DNA of 39,658 nucleotides from Perkinsus olseni (Eukaryota): NCBI GenBank assembly GCA_013115125.1, contig JABANN010000319.1, positions 1 to 39,658 of the forward strand, read 5' to 3'. Shown piece by piece: positions 34,790 to 39,658 of this stretch (position 1 is its first letter; each line of letters starts with the position of its first letter). The notes under the pieces were generated by a model. It saw only the letters and a program-made list of their open reading frames with translations, ran no database searches and was not told where the DNA came from. The position numbers and the translations under genes were made by a program.

Positions 34790-37550
34790 TTAAAACGAGT
34801 ATCTTGTCTGCTCCGCGCGGCTCTTGAATCCCTGTTATCTTGCTGGAAGACTATTGTTCCTTCCTGAAGGGTGTATCCAGTACCACTTGGGACTTCCCAG
34901 AGTTCTGAGGGCCCTTCACCATAACGAGCAGGCAGTTCCTCTCCGACCCCTCCACACCCACCGGGTATGTAAATAATATAACTTTTAGGAAGAATTTGAT
35001 GAAGTTAGGCTCAGCTTGCGACCACTCGCTTAATTGTCACGAATGAGCTGGTACGACAGCTTAACGAAGGCCAATACTTGGAGACCAGGATATCATCAGT
35101 ACCGAGCGTAACCTCGACTACGAATCAGAGAAAATCCCCTTCGCGTACTGATGGTCTAAGCACATGAAATCCAAGCTTGTAACTGCAGCAATCGCCGAAC
35201 CATGATCATGAGTCACTGCATAGCACAGGGAGCCAGTACAGAAATCGACCAGAATCAGGCACAGCGTCAGGCTGACGGCGTCCGCTCAACTTCGCTCAAG
35301 ATCGCACCGGAGCCGGTGTGGGGTCTGCATCAAGTACCTCCCATACCCGTTGCATCCAAGGTACAGTCATCTCCATCATGGAGAGTCCATAGAATGCCTC
35401 GACTACAGCAAACCTCAGCGGGTAAGGTAGGCTGCCTGCCTCGCACCCCGACATCCACCCCTGCTCAGAAACTGAGCACAAACGGACTCTGATGTTAGTC
35501 CAATTCATTGGGAGTGTTCGAAGGACGATCCGCGAGTAAGGCATCATCCTCACCAACAGCGCACGCCTCAGCAGAGGCGCGCTCGCACTCTCCTATAGCT
35601 AACGCACCGGAGAACCTCTAATCCAGAGATACGGGCCGCCGGGTCGCCGCCGCCGCCGACCCAATACTAGTGCGGCGAGATGTATTATACATCCCGCTTC
35701 ACTAGGGTGCTTCGGCCCACCCTCCCTGACCACAAAGCTTTAGTTGTTCAGCAGACACACCTTGGTGTGGGTTGCGGGGCGACAGATGTCGCCTACCTCC
35801 AGATGTGCCCAACACCAGCCGACATGAGAAAAGAAGTTTTCCGCCTCTGGGCCCAATGGGCCCCAGTCAGCCTTCCTGAACAGGCTGTCAGTGTGGTGCA
35901 GTAGTAGCCTCCATGCGAACTATTCCGATGGAACTCTCTCATCTATAAGCACATATATCCGTGAATACGAGAGAAGCGTTTCCCGCACCCTCTCTTATAC
36001 ATTGCGAGACGTGTTGTCCCCCGGTTTCAACCATGAGCGTGTCCATGGCTTTTTTACGCCTTATACTCGCACGGCATTTACGGAGCACACACAACTTTGC
36101 ACACCGCTTACAAGTATTCCAAGTGGAGTTTCCAACACTATTCGCAGCCCTGCGCGTTGAACCGCCCCTCGAGTGCGTAGTATTACCTCTCCAACCACTG
36201 AGTGAAGTAAGCACTACTTTGCTTCAGCAGATACCTAACCATCAACGGTCTACTAGCGATGCGCAAACTGTCTCGCCCGTGTCCCCATTAATGCACGCTT
36301 TGAGCAAACACAAGCCGAGATGAGGCGAAAGTCGAGGACTACGGGGCAATCCTAAGCTCGAATGGTACCAACCTACCCTTGCTTCCGGAACAGCGACAAA
36401 CCGAGGGATGTTTGTTTCCCGTCTGGTGCCTCCCCAAGGGAGGGATCTCTGGAAGGACGCAGCTCAGGAGAGGTAGAAGATAGCATCGCCTGAGAAAGCG
36501 AGAGGTGTCATAAAGTGCGACCAACAGTGACGAGAGTGTCCCTCGAAGGTTTCTCAACACGATGGATCTCCGATAATCAATAAAATGAAACGGTATCCAG
36601 CGCTCTAATTACATTATAATTTATAAAAATTTTATGCACATTTTGGTCGCATTTTTGACCAACGGTTGGTCACCAACCGCCCTCCCTATTCTCGAGCGGC
36701 TCTGGAATCGAGACTGCGGAAAGACTTGAAATCAAAACTCTCCATTGCGAGTCTTACCGCATCGCGAATAACTTCAATTCTCGTGAATTCTCTCGTGGTC
36801 GCTCGGAGCTGCGCATGAATCTTCGGGCCCTCCTTCTACAAGTTCGTCAAACTAGACACTCCTCATGTTACACGTGCCCCAAGAACTCTAATCCTACAGA
36901 CTTTTCTGAGCACAATTTATATATGTTAAGAACAACTCCTCCGTCCAGTTTTTACCTCTTCCGCCATCCTTTTAACATCCATGGGCGTCGGTGTCCCCGA
37001 AGAGGTCTGCGCCGGCCGGCTCGGCATCGTCACGGGAGTACTGCTGGCTGCATATAAATGACTGGGCACAGACATCGGTGGAACAGAACTGCTGAAGTTC
37101 ATCCATTCAGCAGCAGACGGGGCGGAAACAGCGGTAGAAATGACAGCAATATGAGTAGCATGCCGTCGCCCATAGTTCTCATGCGTGGTTGATACTAACC
37201 AACAGAAGTTCATACCGGGGACACTGATTCAGTGTCAGTGACACTGTACGATAATAAGAATCGTTGCGACGCTGCCCTTTGTACGCAGGAGTCACCGGGA
37301 GGCGTTATCGATGACTGACCCTCGTGCAACTCAACAGTGTCTTCTGCGATGGGAATATCCTCCCTGTCGGAGCGATAGTGACGAGAGACCGAATATCGAG
37401 AGCCCCTAAAGTCCGTGAGTATCACAACGTATGCCTGACAAAGCTATGCGGCCAAACACGGACTTCACAGCAAACATCACGAATAAGGATTGGTCCTGTC
37501 ACAGGAGATATCTTGCAATGAGGCGGGTCCTCGATCCTCCACTGTTTCTC
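34790..37550 (-). CDS. Unresolved multi-exon coding region with a Walker A motif; either the 5' part of the PH/CRAL-TRIO gene or a separate gene
   Basis: Many GT-AG-bounded open blocks (EDIPIAEDTVELHEG, KEGPKIHAQLRATTREFTRIEVIRDA, FAWRLLLHHTDSLFRKADWG) and LLVMVKGPQNSGKS at ~34890-34930. A full splice path was not established. Confidence 0.4.
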
Positions 37551-37881
37551 AATGAGTCTAATAATAAGTAGTATGCAGGCGAAGAAAGAAAGGATCAACT
37601 GGCTGTATCACGAATCCTTCGTCGATCGTATCATAATACGACCGACTCTCTGGAACGCGTAACTATAACCAGATAACTGATCTGAGATCAGAATAATCGA
37701 AATCATTACAACACTGAGACAACATTCTAAACCATGGTAGCCCACAGATAAACGCCACTAAAAACCATACAAAGTCGTCACGACTAAATGACATCATACG
37801 ATGTATGACCACGATGTATGACCATAGTATGACCACGTCATACTAAATGACAGCGGCCTCTTCGTTCAACCACATGACGGT

Positions 37882-38340
37882 TCATGCACGACCCCCCTGA
37901 ACCGAAGCAGAGATGTTGGTAAGTCTCGTGAGGAGAACCGACCGTTCGTTCCTGTCATAATATACACGATAATCATCGTGTAAGATAACCTTTCCCTTGA
38001 TCCTCTCGAAGCTCGCGAAATCGTCCATCAAGAATCCACGCCCCGGACATAAGCTTCGCAGTTCAGCCATCATTCTCATGTAGTTCGGGGTCTTGAAATC
38101 GGTGATCACGTATTTGCCGGGCTGATGGGCCAACGGCTTGATTTGGAATCGTCCCACGGCTGCGGGTTTTGTCTCATCACATCCAACCACCATGTGCACG
38201 GAGGAGACGCCAGAACCAGGGACGAAGGTACAATCGACGGAGAGGTAGGGGGACGGAACCCTTCCCGCGAAGTTGCCGGCCGGCAAATACGCATCATTGA
38301 CGCTAATGAGAACTCCGATGACGAGGATCGCGGAAAGCAT
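37882..38340 (-). CDS. Small intronless secreted protein, 152 aa, unknown function
   Basis: ATG-to-stop ORF with an N-terminal hydrophobic signal peptide (MLSAILVIGVLISVNDA) and three Cys. Confidence 0.7.
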   Translation of the reverse strand: MLSAILVIGVLISVNDAYLPAGNFAGRVPSPYLSVDCTFVPGSGVSSVHMVVGCDETKPAAVGRFQIKPLAHQPGKYVITDFKTPNYMRMMAELRSLCPGRGFLMDDFASFERIKGKVILHDDYRVYYDRNERSVLLTRLTNISASVQGGRA

Positions 38341-38828
38341 GGATTGTGAAAAAGCCGTGTTTAGGGTGTGACCAGAGCTGAGGAAAAGGGTCCTGTCAAC
38401 TCATTGTCTGTCTGCAAATGATCCTGAGCCACTACAGGGCCTAGAGCCAATCCCTCATGCACTATACCGACAACACAGTAACGACTATAGGCTATGTAAC
38501 AGCTGACACTGGCTTCAGTACTACTCATCTGGTAGACTATCATCTCCGTAACTACCTTGACTGAATATCCGGAAGAAACTCCCTGCTGCATCGCACGCAT
38601 TTGTATTGGTTTGAAGACTCGCTACGCTCAAGCTATGTACTTGCGTGCCCTCAGCTTGGCTATACTCCGGAATTGCTAGACTTTCCGAAGTTTGCATCCA
38701 GTTTGCAGTTTCAACCTTCTTGACTTGAGCTTCGTTCTTCCTACGCCACTCTTATCTTCAAGCTCACCAACGGTTTGTGTTGTGCAACCAGTCCGAGTTC
38801 TACGATAATTGTCTGACTTCATCAGGCG

Positions 38829-39354
38829 CTCCGCACGTGCATGAGTATGCGTTCAAGGCTAGTCGGACTAGCCTAGTCCTCATGTTGAGCATTGGGTGTT
38901 CGATGTGACTCTTATAGTAAACTCAACTTGCGTTACGCACGCCATCGTACATAATTGCCGGTCTCAGTAGTTCTTGACAGTAACAGTTCCAAAGACGTCC
39001 GAATCATATTCAGCCAACACTGAGACTTCATTCTTCCTATTCTTCTTATGTTAACGCGTGCTACTAGCAATGAAAGTAATGCAAGTTACCACGTTTCGGC
39101 AACGAGTTGCAACACTCACGTTAGGCTAGCTTACGCTACAGAATCCCATTACCGATCAAGTACTCTTGAGTTCGGTTTCACTACTCTTTGAACCCCGTCT
39201 CGGATAGCCACGCGTTACTGAGTTATAATGCAGGAGCGGTGAGTCAGGGCTCAGAGAGGAAGAAAAACCTGTCTTGAGGGCACTTGAGCGATAATGTGAT
39301 CTATAGCGTGATCTGGGATTCCTCCATCTTGCACGCATACTCATACGTGCGAGT
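38829..39354. mobile_element. Possible MITE-like segment bounded by imperfect ~25-bp inverted repeats
   Basis: Left ctccgcacgtgcatgagtatgcgttcaag versus reverse complement of right ctcgcacgtatgagtatgcgtgcaag. Interior is non-coding; no TSD identified. Confidence 0.3.
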
Positions 39355-39586
39355 GCAAGGCAGAAGATGATGTTAGATGCTTATGCGAGACTAACCATAC
39401 GCAGTAGACCGCCTACTGCGTGAAGGCAATTGCAGCGATGAACGTCTGACAGCCGAGTAGGATCGTGCCGCTGCTGCGACATAGCGTATAGTGGTTCCAT
39501 GTAACGAGAGCCTCGTTACCAGAGAGTCCCCACGTCCCACGCGCCCGAAGGAATCCACTTCCACAGTTTTCGCTCATCAAAATTTA

Positions 39587-39658
39587 GAAGAAGAAGAAGA
39601 AGAAGAAGAAGAAGAAGAAGAAGAAGAAGAAGAAGAAGAAGAAGAAGAAGAAGAAGAA
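39587..39658 (+). repeat. (GAA)24+ microsatellite running off the window end
   Basis: Read directly. Confidence 0.95.

Noticed and set aside
34870-35035. Endogenous viral SF3 helicase (RNCLLVMVKGPQNSGKS resembles E1/NS1 Walker A context)
   Set aside because: No SF3 Walker B or motif C follows. It lies among same-strand spliced exons, so a host P-loop exon is simpler.
1-39658. CRISPR array, rRNA or prokaryotic operon
   Set aside because: No regularly spaced repeat-spacer array or rRNA signature; the spliced gene structure is eukaryotic.

Overview
Eukaryotic genomic DNA with many short GT-AG introns. The intron style and gene families suggest a perkinsid alveolate such as Perkinsus (inference). 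The left ~18 kb is accessory. It holds two paralogues of a 3-exon secreted protein (one broken by an inverted micro-duplication), an intronless membrane protein with a TIR/HET-like domain split by two TM helices, a decayed intron-containing Helitron-type Rep, and other degenerate remnants. The right ~21 kb carries minus-strand multi-exon genes: a U-box E4 ubiquitin ligase (UFD2/UBE4, 17993-28407), a PH + START-like + CRAL-TRIO lipid-transfer gene (29013-~34718, possibly with upstream P-loop exons) and a small secreted protein. Two signals stand out. (i) The introns of the housekeeping genes repeatedly carry three DNA motifs: tRNA variable-loop/T-arm B-boxes in both orientations, an ATCGATCACGTGATCGAT palindrome, and an exact 15-mer CGCGCCACGAAATTC. 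(ii) Short inverted templated insertions are common, and two of them break reading frames. Exon boundaries were inferred by eye and no database searches were run.
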